A stretch of DNA of 64,000 nucleotides from Calditrichales bacterium (GTDB lineage Bacteria > Calditrichota > Calditrichia > Calditrichales > J004), in assembly GCA_965267575.1 (NCBI GenBank), contig OZ254086.1:2304001-2368000 (forward strand), written 5' to 3'. The translations under genes were made by a program, and so were the position numbers. This document shows positions 18,619-28,731 of the stretch, in pieces; position 1 is the first letter of the stretch; each line of letters begins with the position of its first letter. The notes beneath the pieces are model-generated. The model was not told where the DNA came from. It saw only the letters and a list, made by a program, of their open reading frames with translations, and searched no databases.

Positions 18619-21600
18619 ATGCGGCACTTCCGGCTCCTGCTGCTGGGTGTTTTTCTTTTGTGCGGATATGCTCAGGCGCAGGACAGCATTGGCATAAGCC
18701 TTCCAAAGCCACCGCGCACGGTAGATCTGTTTGAAGAGGAATTTTTCGGTCTTGAGCAGTATGCCGTTGATTCTACCTTTTTCGCGAAAAGGCCCGGATT
18801 CTATAAACGGGAAGTCACGCTGGATTCCGCCGGTACGCGCATTTCCATCCGTGAAACAATCGACGATACGGATATGTATTTTCCGGCGGTTGTCGACCTG
18901 GAAAGCTACATTGAAAAGCGCGTGGCTTATAACTGGCGGCAATTAACGCGCAAAAAATTTATTGATCATATCGCCCAGCAGCGCGAAGAAGAGTTTGGCG
19001 CCATCGAGCTGGATATCCCCTTCCGCATTAAAAGCGAAACCTTCACCCGCATATTCGGATCGGACAGAATCAGCCTGCGGGTTACGGGTAATATTTCGTT
19101 CGACCTCTCCGGCAGAACGGAAGAACGCTCCGGTTCGGCCATTAACGCCCGCGAAAACCAGAATACATTCAGCCCGCGCTTTAGCCAGACGCAGCAGTTT
19201 ACGGTGGAAGGCAAGATCGGTGAAAAGGTGACGGTATCCGTGCAGCAAAACAGCGAAGCGGTTACCGATATTGAGAACACGCTGAAGCTGCGTTATGACG
19301 GCGAAGAGGATGAGATCGTTGAGAAAATTGAAGCGGGTAATATTTCACTCTCCCTGCCCTCTACCAAGTATGTGATCTTTGGCGGTTCCAATAAAGGCCT
19401 ATTTGGCCTTAAAGCCAATCTGCGGCTGGGTGATTTATACATGACAACGATCGCCTCGCTGGAGAAAGGCGAGCAGCAGGAGCTTAGCATCACCGGGGCC
19501 AGCAGCGAATCCAAAACGACGGTGAAAGATTACGAATTTATAAAAAACCGCTACTTTTTTCTCGACCGCTTCTACTATGATAATTTCCAGGATGGTTTCA
19601 CCGAAAACCTGCAGGTCTTCAACTACCCGCAGGGTTCAGATATTATTCGTCTCGAGGTGTGGGTTTCCACCAACCCCAACGGCGAGCCGGGCGCGCGCCG
19701 AGGTATAGCCGCTGTTGACCCGGCAGCCTACGAAGACGCCGATTATAATTCGCTGGAGCCTGAAGACGGCAAAGTGGATAAAGGCTGGTTCCGGCAGCTT
19801 GAGGAGGGCCGCGATTATGAATACGACCAGTATCGCGGGTTTTTCTGGTTGAATCAGTCGGTTGACAACAATACCCTTTTGGCGATCGCCTACGCGGTTT
19901 CCGGAGCGCCCAATGATCCTGTGGGAACGCTTACCGAGCAAATCGCCCAGGATGACAGTGCCATTGTCGTGCTGAAAATGATCAAGCCGAAGCAGCAATT
20001 GCCTTCCGAGACATACGCCGAAACCTGGCCGCTGATGATGAAAAACGTTTACAGCCTGGGCGGTACCAACATCGAGCAGGAAGGTTTTGATATCCGTGTT
20101 CAGTATAACCGCACCGGTACGGCCGAAACGTATCAGGGCGACCGCTCTTTCCTGAATATCCTTGGCCTTGACATTGTGGATGAGAACGGAGGTGCCGTGG
20201 AAGGCGGGGATGAAGTGGTTGACCTCAATCCCTACGTCATAAACCGGGCGCGGGGGATTCTGATATTTCCGTCCCTGCAGCCGTTTAATCCTTTGGCGGA
20301 GAGCCGTTTTGATGAACTGGCCGAAGAATTCCACGTGGACATATATAACCTGAACACATCGTCCACCAACGATTTTGTCGAGCGTTCCAAGTTTGAAATG
20401 ATCGTAACCTCGAAAAGCACCAAATCTACGTTTGACCTGGGCTTTTATGTGCTGGAAGGCTCCGAGGTGGTCACGTTGAACGGCCGGACTTTGGACCGCG
20501 ACAAGGATTATGTGATCGATTATTTCAGCGGCCAGTTGACGCTGCTTTCCAATGAAGCGAAGCGTTCCAGCTCCAATATCAACATTAAATATGAACGGGC
20601 CAATCTTTTCCAGCTTGATAAAAAGACCATTCTCGGCGGGCGCCTTGAGTACCAGCTTTGGGACGATGCTTTTATCGGCCTGACCGCGCTTTATCTCAAT
20701 AAGACCACGCTGGACAGACGCGTGCGGGTGGGGCAGGAGCCGTTCCGCAACTTTGTCTGGGACGTGAACGCCGCCTTCAAATTCAAGCCGCGCTTTGTCA
20801 CCAATGCAATCGACGCCTTGCCGCTTATTGAAACCAGCGATGAGTCGGAATTCGACATTGAAGGCGAATTTGCGCAGGTGTTCCCCAATCCCAATACGCT
20901 TAACAATTCGTCAACGGGCGATAATAACGGTGTGGCTTATATTGATGATTTTGAGGCCAGCAAGCGCACGACCACGCTGGGCATCCGCTACCGCACGTGG
21001 ACGCTGGCCAGTGCGCCGCGTCAGCTTCCGGGATCGGGAACCACAAATCCTACCCAGGCCGAAGAATCCCGCGCTCACCTGAACTGGTTTAACCCGTTCA
21101 ACCAGGTGCCGATTAAGAACATCTGGCCAAACCGCGATGTGAATTCGCAAACCGGTCAGACGACGGACGTACTGGGACTGGAGTTCTGGCGCGACCCGGG
21201 CAGCGATTCGCTGGATTCCTGGGCCGGTATCATGCGTTCCACCGCCAGCTTTGCCGATCAGCAAAAAACCAAATATGTAGAGCTGTGGGTTAAAGGCAAT
21301 AAAGGAACGATCAATATCGATGTTGGGCGGATATCCGAAGATTATTATGTAACAGGCACGAACTTTCGCGGAGAGCCCAGCCTGGGCAATCTGAACACGG
21401 AAGACCGCAACTCCAACGGACTTCTGGAAGACAACGAAGATACCGGTATCGACGGGATTTCCAACGGGCAGGGCGATGATGATTCCGATGACTGGGCCGC
21501 GCCAAGCCGTGCCAACACGGCCGACGGCTGGGACTATTCGCGCATAAACGGCACTGAGGGCAACGGCAATGCCCAGGGCGCGCGCTATCCGGACACGGAA

Positions 21601-24600
21601 GACCTTGACGGCGACGGTCAGCTCAATACGTTTAACGATTATTTTACATACAGCTTCTCCCTGGACCCCGATGACCCGGACGCGCAGAAGTACATCACCG
21701 GGTCGACTGAGGCCGGCTGGCGCCAGTTCCGCATTCCGCTGACCGAGCCCACCGGTGAATTCGGCACACCTGACACGACGTTCCAGCAGGTGCTGAATGT
21801 ACGTCTTTGGGTGAGTGATATTCCCGTAGCCCGTACTCTGGAGGAGCGCACGCGCATTCAGATTGCCACATTTGATTTTGTGGGCAACGAATGGGAAGAA
21901 GAAGGTTACGCGCTGGTGAAACCGCAGCCGGGTGAAACGCCCATGTTCATCAACGACGAGTCGATTTTCGTGCTGGCCACATACAATACGGAAGAGAATG
22001 CCGTGCCTATCCCCGGTGTTGACCCTTACCGCTCGCCGCCCGGTGTTTCCGGTGTGCGTGACCGTATTACCAACGCCCTCTCCAAAGAGCAGTCGCTGGT
22101 GATGCATTTTGAAGATCTACCTGCCGGCGCTATCGCGGAAGCGAAGAAAACGCTGTTCCAGTCATTGGAATTGGTGAATTACAAGCGCATGCGCATGTTT
22201 ATCTACGGCAGCTCGATCAGCGATCCGCCGATACCGGTCGCAGGGGGTATCGATACATCCAATATTCGTTTTTACCTGCGCTTTGGCTCCAACGACCAGA
22301 ACTATTACGAGTACACGCGCGATGTGTACCAGGGTTGGAGCAACGAGATGGACATCGATCTGGAGGAGATGGCCCGCGTAAAGTTTGATGAGGATAAGGA
22401 GGTGCCGCTGCCTGACGTACCCGGAGGCTATTACCGTGCTGTCGGTAACCCCAGTCTGAACACGATCCGCTTTTTCACCATAGGGGTGGAGAATAAAAAT
22501 AACGTGCCCTTTAGCGGCGAGGTTTGGCTGGATGAATTGCGTCTTTCCGATGTACGCCGCGAAACCGCCACGGCCATGCGGATGAAAACCAATATGCGCT
22601 TTGCCGACCTGATGCGCATTACCGCGGAGTGGGAAAGTGTGGATGCCGACTTCCACAATGTGAGCCAGCAGTTTGGCGAAGGAAGCACGCTGGAGCGCCA
22701 GAACTATTCCGGTATCTTCAATTTTGACAAGCTGCTGCCGCCGGAGTGGGACCTTTCCGTGCCGATTGATGCACGGGCGTCGTTTAGCCGCAATATTCCC
22801 AAATACCTGCCACGTACGGATATTCTCACCGAATACAGCAATGACACATTCGGCAAAAAACTGAAATCCCTTTTCGGATTGCGCGGCCTGCCCAAAGATC
22901 TGGAAGATCAGGTGTCCACCAGCGAAACTATCGGCCTTGGTACAACTATAAAAAAGCGCGGCAAATCAAAGAACTGGTTCTTAAAATATACGATTGATGA
23001 AATGTCTTTTGACTTTGATTATTCGCGCCAGAACAGAACAAGCTATGAGGTTAAATACAATCGCAGCGAGCAATTCAAAGAGAGCTACCGCTACAATATT
23101 CCTTTTGACAAGGACAATTATATTGAGCCGCTGGCCTTCACCAAAACTATTCCGGTGCTCAAAGAGATTTACGATACAAAGCTGTATTATTCGCCGAGCA
23201 GCGTTAATTTCAGCCTGAGTGTTTCGGACGCGACCACGGAACAGCTGCGTCGTGACAGCGCATCGACGGTGAAAAGCACAAAAAATACAGGCGCCAACCG
23301 CTCGATCAGCATTAACTACAAGCTGTTGCAAAACCTGTCCATGCAGTATTCACGGTCGCACCGCTCCGATGCCGACTTTGACAGTCTCTCGCGCACCGAG
23401 CTTTACAAGAATATCATCACTAAATTCAATTTCGGTCTTGATACCGACATCAGCCAGAGGTTCGGCGCGGACTACAAGCCTTCGCTGTTCACCTGGCTCA
23501 GTCCCGATTTCAGTTATGACGCCAATTTCCTGTATCAGCTTACCAATAATTACCAGTACAAGCAGGGCGTAAGCCGGACCACCAAACGCGCCGGGGCCAA
23601 TTTCAGCCCGGACAAGCTCATGAAGGTGATTTACGAGCCCGAGCCCGAACGTGGCTCCAGCCGGACGCGGGGACGTCCCCGCCGCGGCAGACCGCAGCAG
23701 ACTGATGACGATAAAAAGCAGGGCGAAGAACAAAAAGAGGGTGAAGAGGAAGAAGAGGAGGGAGGCGTCTCTCTGCCCAATCCCCTGATTGGCCTGTATA
23801 ACGCCGTAAGCGCTTTTAAAAATATCAAAGTGGATTACACCCTCGATGAGAACGTTACCAACCAATTCCTGAGCGATATACCTTCATTTGGATACCAGTT
23901 TGGCTTTACCCGTGACCCCGGCGTGCCTCAGGACAGTGCCCTGATTCAGCAGGGCGTAAACCTCGTGCGGCCTTCGTTTAGTGAGACGAGGGGATTGCGT
24001 ACCAGCACCTCGCTTAACGTGACGGAAAATGTGCGTGTCTCGCTTAACCATGAATACCGCGAAAACTTCACCGCCACAAACGGCGGGCAGACCAAGCAGG
24101 GCGGCGAAACAATGACCTTCTTTGCCCTCGGAACCGATCCCAAGAAAGATTTCCAGGGGTTGGATTCCGATCCGCGGCGTTTTATTCCGGACTGGAACGT
24201 CAACGTCAGCGGGATCGAAAAATATCTGTTCTTTAAAGATTTCGCCCAATCGATCACCATCGATCATGGGCACAGCGGTAAATACGATGAAAAGCAACGT
24301 CTCAGTCCGGATGGCTCCAGTTTTGAGCCTTACCAGCAAACCTTCAGCAATAATTGGCAGCCGCTGGTTGGTGTCAACATCCGAACCAAGTGGGGTATCG
24401 GCGCCACCATTCGTATGAACAGTAACACCAACCATTCCTACAATGCCAGCGGCGGGGCCACGCGCACGGAAAGCAGCGGTTTTACGGTCAGCATGAACTA
24501 CTCCAAATCCACCGGATTCAAGATCCCGATCCCGATCTGGCCGTTTAAGGGAAAGACGTTCAAAAATGAGATCAATTTTACGCTGACCTTTGATGCTTCG

Positions 24601-24816
24601 GAAAACAGCACGTTCCAGCGTCAGGCCGGTAACAACAAATTCCAGGAGCAGCAGAAGAATACTTCCTGGAAGCTTAGGCCATCGGCGACTTACCGCTTCA
24701 ACACGCGCGTCCAGGGCAGCATGTTCTTTGAAACCGGCGCCACAACAAACAAGATATCGGGTGAATACAGCTACAGTGAATTCGGAATCAACGTCAACAT
24801 CGCTATCCGCGACTAG
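18619..24816 (+). CDS. sprA: SprA/Sov family type IX secretion outer-membrane translocon
   Basis: 2065 aa with signal peptide. Motifs VEGKIGEKV...ENTLKLRYDGEEDEIVEKIEAGNISL, MKNVYSLG, DYVIDYFSG, AYIDDFE, GEVWLDELRL, followed by many amphipathic beta-strands. Confidence 0.9.
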   Translation: MRHFRLLLLGVFLLCGYAQAQDSIGISLPKPPRTVDLFEEEFFGLEQYAVDSTFFAKRPGFYKREVTLDSAGTRISIRETIDDTDMYFPAVVDLESYIEKRVAYNWRQLTRKKFIDHIAQQREEEFGAIELDIPFRIKSETFTRIFGSDRISLRVTGNISFDLSGRTEERSGSAINARENQNTFSPRFSQTQQFTVEGKIGEKVTVSVQQNSEAVTDIENTLKLRYDGEEDEIVEKIEAGNISLSLPSTKYVIFGGSNKGLFGLKANLRLGDLYMTTIASLEKGEQQELSITGASSESKTTVKDYEFIKNRYFFLDRFYYDNFQDGFTENLQVFNYPQGSDIIRLEVWVSTNPNGEPGARRGIAAVDPAAYEDADYNSLEPEDGKVDKGWFRQLEEGRDYEYDQYRGFFWLNQSVDNNTLLAIAYAVSGAPNDPVGTLTEQIAQDDSAIVVLKMIKPKQQLPSETYAETWPLMMKNVYSLGGTNIEQEGFDIRVQYNRTGTAETYQGDRSFLNILGLDIVDENGGAVEGGDEVVDLNPYVINRARGILIFPSLQPFNPLAESRFDELAEEFHVDIYNLNTSSTNDFVERSKFEMIVTSKSTKSTFDLGFYVLEGSEVVTLNGRTLDRDKDYVIDYFSGQLTLLSNEAKRSSSNINIKYERANLFQLDKKTILGGRLEYQLWDDAFIGLTALYLNKTTLDRRVRVGQEPFRNFVWDVNAAFKFKPRFVTNAIDALPLIETSDESEFDIEGEFAQVFPNPNTLNNSSTGDNNGVAYIDDFEASKRTTTLGIRYRTWTLASAPRQLPGSGTTNPTQAEESRAHLNWFNPFNQVPIKNIWPNRDVNSQTGQTTDVLGLEFWRDPGSDSLDSWAGIMRSTASFADQQKTKYVELWVKGNKGTINIDVGRISEDYYVTGTNFRGEPSLGNLNTEDRNSNGLLEDNEDTGIDGISNGQGDDDSDDWAAPSRANTADGWDYSRINGTEGNGNAQGARYPDTEDLDGDGQLNTFNDYFTYSFSLDPDDPDAQKYITGSTEAGWRQFRIPLTEPTGEFGTPDTTFQQVLNVRLWVSDIPVARTLEERTRIQIATFDFVGNEWEEEGYALVKPQPGETPMFINDESIFVLATYNTEENAVPIPGVDPYRSPPGVSGVRDRITNALSKEQSLVMHFEDLPAGAIAEAKKTLFQSLELVNYKRMRMFIYGSSISDPPIPVAGGIDTSNIRFYLRFGSNDQNYYEYTRDVYQGWSNEMDIDLEEMARVKFDEDKEVPLPDVPGGYYRAVGNPSLNTIRFFTIGVENKNNVPFSGEVWLDELRLSDVRRETATAMRMKTNMRFADLMRITAEWESVDADFHNVSQQFGEGSTLERQNYSGIFNFDKLLPPEWDLSVPIDARASFSRNIPKYLPRTDILTEYSNDTFGKKLKSLFGLRGLPKDLEDQVSTSETIGLGTTIKKRGKSKNWFLKYTIDEMSFDFDYSRQNRTSYEVKYNRSEQFKESYRYNIPFDKDNYIEPLAFTKTIPVLKEIYDTKLYYSPSSVNFSLSVSDATTEQLRRDSASTVKSTKNTGANRSISINYKLLQNLSMQYSRSHRSDADFDSLSRTELYKNIITKFNFGLDTDISQRFGADYKPSLFTWLSPDFSYDANFLYQLTNNYQYKQGVSRTTKRAGANFSPDKLMKVIYEPEPERGSSRTRGRPRRGRPQQTDDDKKQGEEQKEGEEEEEEGGVSLPNPLIGLYNAVSAFKNIKVDYTLDENVTNQFLSDIPSFGYQFGFTRDPGVPQDSALIQQGVNLVRPSFSETRGLRTSTSLNVTENVRVSLNHEYRENFTATNGGQTKQGGETMTFFALGTDPKKDFQGLDSDPRRFIPDWNVNVSGIEKYLFFKDFAQSITIDHGHSGKYDEKQRLSPDGSSFEPYQQTFSNNWQPLVGVNIRTKWGIGATIRMNSNTNHSYNASGGATRTESSGFTVSMNYSKSTGFKIPIPIWPFKGKTFKNEINFTLTFDASENSTFQRQAGNNKFQEQQKNTSWKLRPSATYRFNTRVQGSMFFETGATTNKISGEYSYSEFGINVNIAIRD

Positions 24817-24817
24817 A

Positions 24818-25741
24818 TTGCGCCACGGGCTGCGGTTGTTTGGCGCCATGCTTTTTGCGGCCATTCTGACCTCATCCTGCGGCCAGGCTGAAGCGCCGCC
24901 GTTCAACGCCTTAAGGGCTTTTGCTGATCTTGAGAGACAGGTGGCTTTCGGGCCGAGGGTGCCGGGCAGCGATGCCCACCGCGAGTGTCTGCATTGGATG
25001 CAGGAAGAGCTGCAAAAAAGCGCCCCGCGGGTAGTAAAACAATCGTTTACATTTAAAGATAGCTTGCGCGATACGACACTGCAGCTTGCCAATCTTATTG
25101 CTTCGTTTAACCTCGGGCAAAAGAAGCGCATCATGCTATGCGCCCACTGGGACAGCCGGCCGTTTGCCGATCGTGAAATGGACGCCGATAGCCTGAAAGC
25201 GGTGCCCGGCGCGAACGATGGCGCCAGTGGTGTGGCGGTTTTACTGGAGATCGCGCGTTTGTTTGCTGAAAAGCCACCGGAAATCGGCGTCGATATTGTG
25301 CTGTTTGACGGCGAGGACTGGGGGCCGGAGGGATTGCTGGAACACTACTTTCTGGGATCGCGTTATTTTGCGCAAACGCTGAACGGCTACAGGCCGCGTT
25401 ATGCTATTTTGCTTGATATGGTGGGTGACGCCAACCTGCGTATCCCTATCGAATATCATTCGCAGCGCGCCGCGCCGCAGGTGGTAGACAAAATTTGGGA
25501 CAAGGCTGAAGAAATGGGTTATGACGCTTTTGTTCGCCGCATTGGCAGTGCCGTAAACGACGACCACATTATGCTGATTGAGGCGGGTATCCCGGCGGTG
25601 AACATCATCGATTTCAACTATCCCGACGCGTCGCACCGCTACTGGCACACGCTGGAAGACACGCCGGATAAATGCTCGCCGCAAAGCCTTGAGATTGTCG
25701 GTAATACGGTTCTGGCCGTTGTTTACAGCGAGGAAGGCTAA
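24818..25741 (+). CDS. M28 family lipoprotein, glutaminyl cyclase (type II QC)-like
   Basis: Lipobox LTSSC; AHWDSRP, GANDGASGV, DGEDWG, LDMVG, DDH and WHT. Start is TTG 24818 or ATG 24848. Confidence 0.8.
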   Translation: MRHGLRLFGAMLFAAILTSSCGQAEAPPFNALRAFADLERQVAFGPRVPGSDAHRECLHWMQEELQKSAPRVVKQSFTFKDSLRDTTLQLANLIASFNLGQKKRIMLCAHWDSRPFADREMDADSLKAVPGANDGASGVAVLLEIARLFAEKPPEIGVDIVLFDGEDWGPEGLLEHYFLGSRYFAQTLNGYRPRYAILLDMVGDANLRIPIEYHSQRAAPQVVDKIWDKAEEMGYDAFVRRIGSAVNDDHIMLIEAGIPAVNIIDFNYPDASHRYWHTLEDTPDKCSPQSLEIVGNTVLAVVYSEEG

Positions 25742-25746
25742 GCGCC

Positions 25747-26592
25747 ATGCATTGGATTGAGGTGGATATTACGATTGCCGTTGAGGCGCGGGAAGTGCTG
25801 TCTGCCTGGCTGTTCACTTTGGGTTGCAGCGGCTGTGAAGAGACTGAAAGCGGCATACGCGCCTGGTTTGAAGCGGATTCCTGGAACGACGAAAAGGAGA
25901 AGCGACTGACACGTTATGCCGCGCGGCTTTCAAATAGGTTTTCGGAAAGTGACATGAGCGTAAGCCGCGTGCCGGCGGAAAACTGGAATGAAAAATGGAA
26001 AGAAAACTTTAAGACCTTCCGTGTAGGCGAAAGTATTATAGTACAGCCCGATTGGGAAAAGGGCAAAGCGGCGGAAGGCGAAACGCTGATAACCATCGCG
26101 CCGAAGATGGCTTTTGGCACCGGCCATCATGAAACGACAAAACTGATACTGCAGATACTGGAAAAAACGGCCCTTTCCGGCAAAAGTGTTCTGGATGCCG
26201 GCACGGGCAGCGGCATACTTGCCATTTACACGGCCCTGCGCGGAGCCGCAAAGGCAGATGCCTTTGATAACGACCCGCAGGCCATTGAAAACGCCGCTGA
26301 GAACTTGGAACTTAACGGGGTCGCGGAAAAGGTGAATTTATGCACCGGGGAACTGAACGACATGGCTGTTAGAAGTTATGACATTATTGTTGCCAATATT
26401 AATCGTAATGTATTGATTGACCTGGCGGCAGCGTGGGAAAATTTTATCCACGGTGGTTCCCGTCTGGTGCTGTCCGGCCTGCTGTGCGCGGACCGCCCGG
26501 CCGTCCAGGAAGCCTATGCCGCAAAGGGCTGGAAAACAGTAGAAGTTCGTGATGAAGGAGAGTGGAGCGCATTATGCCTGCAACGCGTCTGA
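25747..26592 (+). CDS. prmA: 50S ribosomal protein L11 methyltransferase
   Basis: NWNEKWK, PKMAFGTGHHETT, LDAGTGSGILA, IVANI and LSG. Confidence 0.92.
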   Translation: MHWIEVDITIAVEAREVLSAWLFTLGCSGCEETESGIRAWFEADSWNDEKEKRLTRYAARLSNRFSESDMSVSRVPAENWNEKWKENFKTFRVGESIIVQPDWEKGKAAEGETLITIAPKMAFGTGHHETTKLILQILEKTALSGKSVLDAGTGSGILAIYTALRGAAKADAFDNDPQAIENAAENLELNGVAEKVNLCTGELNDMAVRSYDIIVANINRNVLIDLAAAWENFIHGGSRLVLSGLLCADRPAVQEAYAAKGWKTVEVRDEGEWSALCLQRV

Positions 26593-27527
26593 AAAAACCG
26601 CGCCGCGCCGTACTGGATGTAGGTACCAATTCCGTTCTGTTGCTGGTGGCGGAAGTAACAGAAGACGGCAGCCCGAAGATCATCAGGCAGTTTTACCGGG
26701 TCAGCCGCCTGGGTGAGGGGCTGCGCAAAAGCGGCAGCCTGCAGCCAAAACCAATGCAGCGTACCATTAAAACGATCGTAGAATGTCTGGATGTGGCCCG
26801 CGGCGAGGGCGCCGAACAGGTGCTGGTTATCGGTACTGAGGCTTTACGCAGCGCCGATAACCGCGAAGATTTCAAAAAGATGATTCTAAGCGAATGTGGA
26901 TGCACGCTTAAAATTGTCAGCGCCGAAGAAGAAGCGCGCCTGACATTCCGCGGATCAATACAGGGTATTCCGGGCAAGGAGTATTGCGTAATCGATGTGG
27001 GCGGTGGCAGCAGCGAAGTGGTTTGCGGTGACGGCGGGCGATTGTTTCACCACGTTTCACGTCAGATCGGCGTTGTGTTTCTGGCCGAACAGGCCGGTAT
27101 GCCGGAAAAGCTGGACGAAGCGTTGAAACAATCGGTTGAACAACGTATTTTGGCCGCTTTTGCCGATGCCACGGAGCTGAAAGGATTTGGCCCCTCATCC
27201 ACCTGGATTGGCGCGGGCGGCACGTTGTCGCTGCTCGCGGTTCTGGACCAGGATCTGGAAGAATACGATCCGGCAAAGGTGCACGGATACACATTTACGC
27301 AGGCGCGATTGCTGGAATGGTACGACAGGCTGAATCAGGTGAGTCCGGCCACGCGGCTGGAGTGGGGTGTGGAAAAAGGCCGCGAGGATGTGCTGCTGTT
27401 CGGCATACTGATCTTCTCCACTTTGATGGAGCAGGGCGCTGCCAAAGAGATTGCCGCCACCGATCGCGGGCTGCGTTTTGGCGCCCTTTATGAGGACACG
27501 CTGTTTGAGCCGTTTTCACGCAATTAA
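26574..27527 (+). CDS. ppx: Ppx/GppA family exopolyphosphatase
   Basis: DVGTNSV, RLGEG, GTEALR, EEEAR, DVGGGSSE and GLRFG. Confidence 0.88.
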   Translation: MPATRLKKPRRAVLDVGTNSVLLLVAEVTEDGSPKIIRQFYRVSRLGEGLRKSGSLQPKPMQRTIKTIVECLDVARGEGAEQVLVIGTEALRSADNREDFKKMILSECGCTLKIVSAEEEARLTFRGSIQGIPGKEYCVIDVGGGSSEVVCGDGGRLFHHVSRQIGVVFLAEQAGMPEKLDEALKQSVEQRILAAFADATELKGFGPSSTWIGAGGTLSLLAVLDQDLEEYDPAKVHGYTFTQARLLEWYDRLNQVSPATRLEWGVEKGREDVLLFGILIFSTLMEQGAAKEIAATDRGLRFGALYEDTLFEPFSRN

Positions 27528-27555
27528 CCGTTTTAATAATCAACGTGAGTGACCT

Positions 27556-28731
27556 TTGAAAAAACTTATTCTTTTTTTACCACTGCTTTTTATGTCCTGC
27601 AGCGAAGAAGCGGCCGGACCCGCACCGGAGCAGGAACCCGAGATCAGCAATGTTAAGATCGCGCCGCGCTGGAATGTAATGGGCAGTACAGCGCAGACAC
27701 TGGAAGTGGAGGTCAGCGATCCTCAAGGCCCGGGCAATCTTCCGGCGACCCTTTCTTTTGATGTGCTGGATGCAGGACAGAACAGCGTTTACACGGGCAC
27801 ACTGTTCGACGACGGAGGTTTTAACTCTGCCAGCGGCGACGTGCTGGCCGGGGACGGCGTTTACCGCAACCGCATTGTCCCTTCCACAATCAGCAGCAGC
27901 GAAGGTACGTTTACCTTCCGTTTTTCCGCGGATGATCTGGATGGCAACAGCGCCTTGCCGCAAAGCGCGCAGGTTGAGTTTGCCAGCAACAGCGCGCCGC
28001 AGCTTCTGCAGGCTGACGCGCCCGAAAGCATAAACGCCGGCGATGACGGGTTACGCATAACGGTGAAAGCCGTTGATGCCGATGGTATGGGAGAACTCAA
28101 CGGTGTTTTTATGGATCTGAAACTTGGCGGTATTTCCCAGCTAAATGAACCGTATCAGTTAAAAGATGACGGGCAGGCGGCTGTAAGTGGCGATCTGTTT
28201 GCCGGGGATTCCGTTTTTACGCTGCTTGTGGATTCAAGCTTTGCCGCCGGACGTGAAGGTACTTACGAGCTGGTATTTTCCGCCCGTGATATTTTTGACG
28301 AAAGCAGCAACGAGCTTACCCGCTCCATTGATCTTTTTAACCAGGCCGGCACAATTTTGGCGCTGGACGTTCCGCAGAGTATTGACCGTCCTTCGCAACC
28401 CGGTGTTTTTAACCGCGCCCTGGTTACGGCCAGCGTGGATGACCCGCAATCGCTGGCTGATGTTGACTCCGTTTATTTCTTTTCGCGGCGCCCGGACGGC
28501 GAACTTGCCAACGGCAGAAATCCGCTGATCCTGGTAGACAACGGTTTGCCATTCAACATAGAAAACCCCTTCACGGAAGCGGGCGATGAGACGGCCGGTG
28601 ACGGCACCTACTCGCTTTCCGTGCTGATTGACAATTCGGCCCAAACGGGCTTTTTCCTTTTCACTTTTTACATGCGAGATAAAGCCGGCAACCTTTCGGC
28701 CATGGCGCAGGATTCCATCGAGGTACGCTAA
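27556..28731 (+). CDS. Lipoprotein with three tandem Ig-like (choice-of-anchor X-like) repeats
   Basis: Lipobox LFMSC; three L-x-D-[DN]-G...GD-xx-AGD-[GS]-x-[YF] motifs; TTG start. Confidence 0.65.
   Translation: MKKLILFLPLLFMSCSEEAAGPAPEQEPEISNVKIAPRWNVMGSTAQTLEVEVSDPQGPGNLPATLSFDVLDAGQNSVYTGTLFDDGGFNSASGDVLAGDGVYRNRIVPSTISSSEGTFTFRFSADDLDGNSALPQSAQVEFASNSAPQLLQADAPESINAGDDGLRITVKAVDADGMGELNGVFMDLKLGGISQLNEPYQLKDDGQAAVSGDLFAGDSVFTLLVDSSFAAGREGTYELVFSARDIFDESSNELTRSIDLFNQAGTILALDVPQSIDRPSQPGVFNRALVTASVDDPQSLADVDSVYFFSRRPDGELANGRNPLILVDNGLPFNIENPFTEAGDETAGDGTYSLSVLIDNSAQTGFFLFTFYMRDKAGNLSAMAQDSIEVR

Noticed and set aside
20911..22107. 398-aa antisense ORF within sprA (also 19636-20334 and 23884-25134)
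   Set aside because: Reverse-strand shadows of a well-supported gene, with no recognisable motifs.
24590..24817. Long N-terminal extension of the M28 ORF overlapping the sprA 3' end
   Set aside because: The signal peptide and lipobox begin only after the sprA stop, so the upstream part is an incidental open frame.
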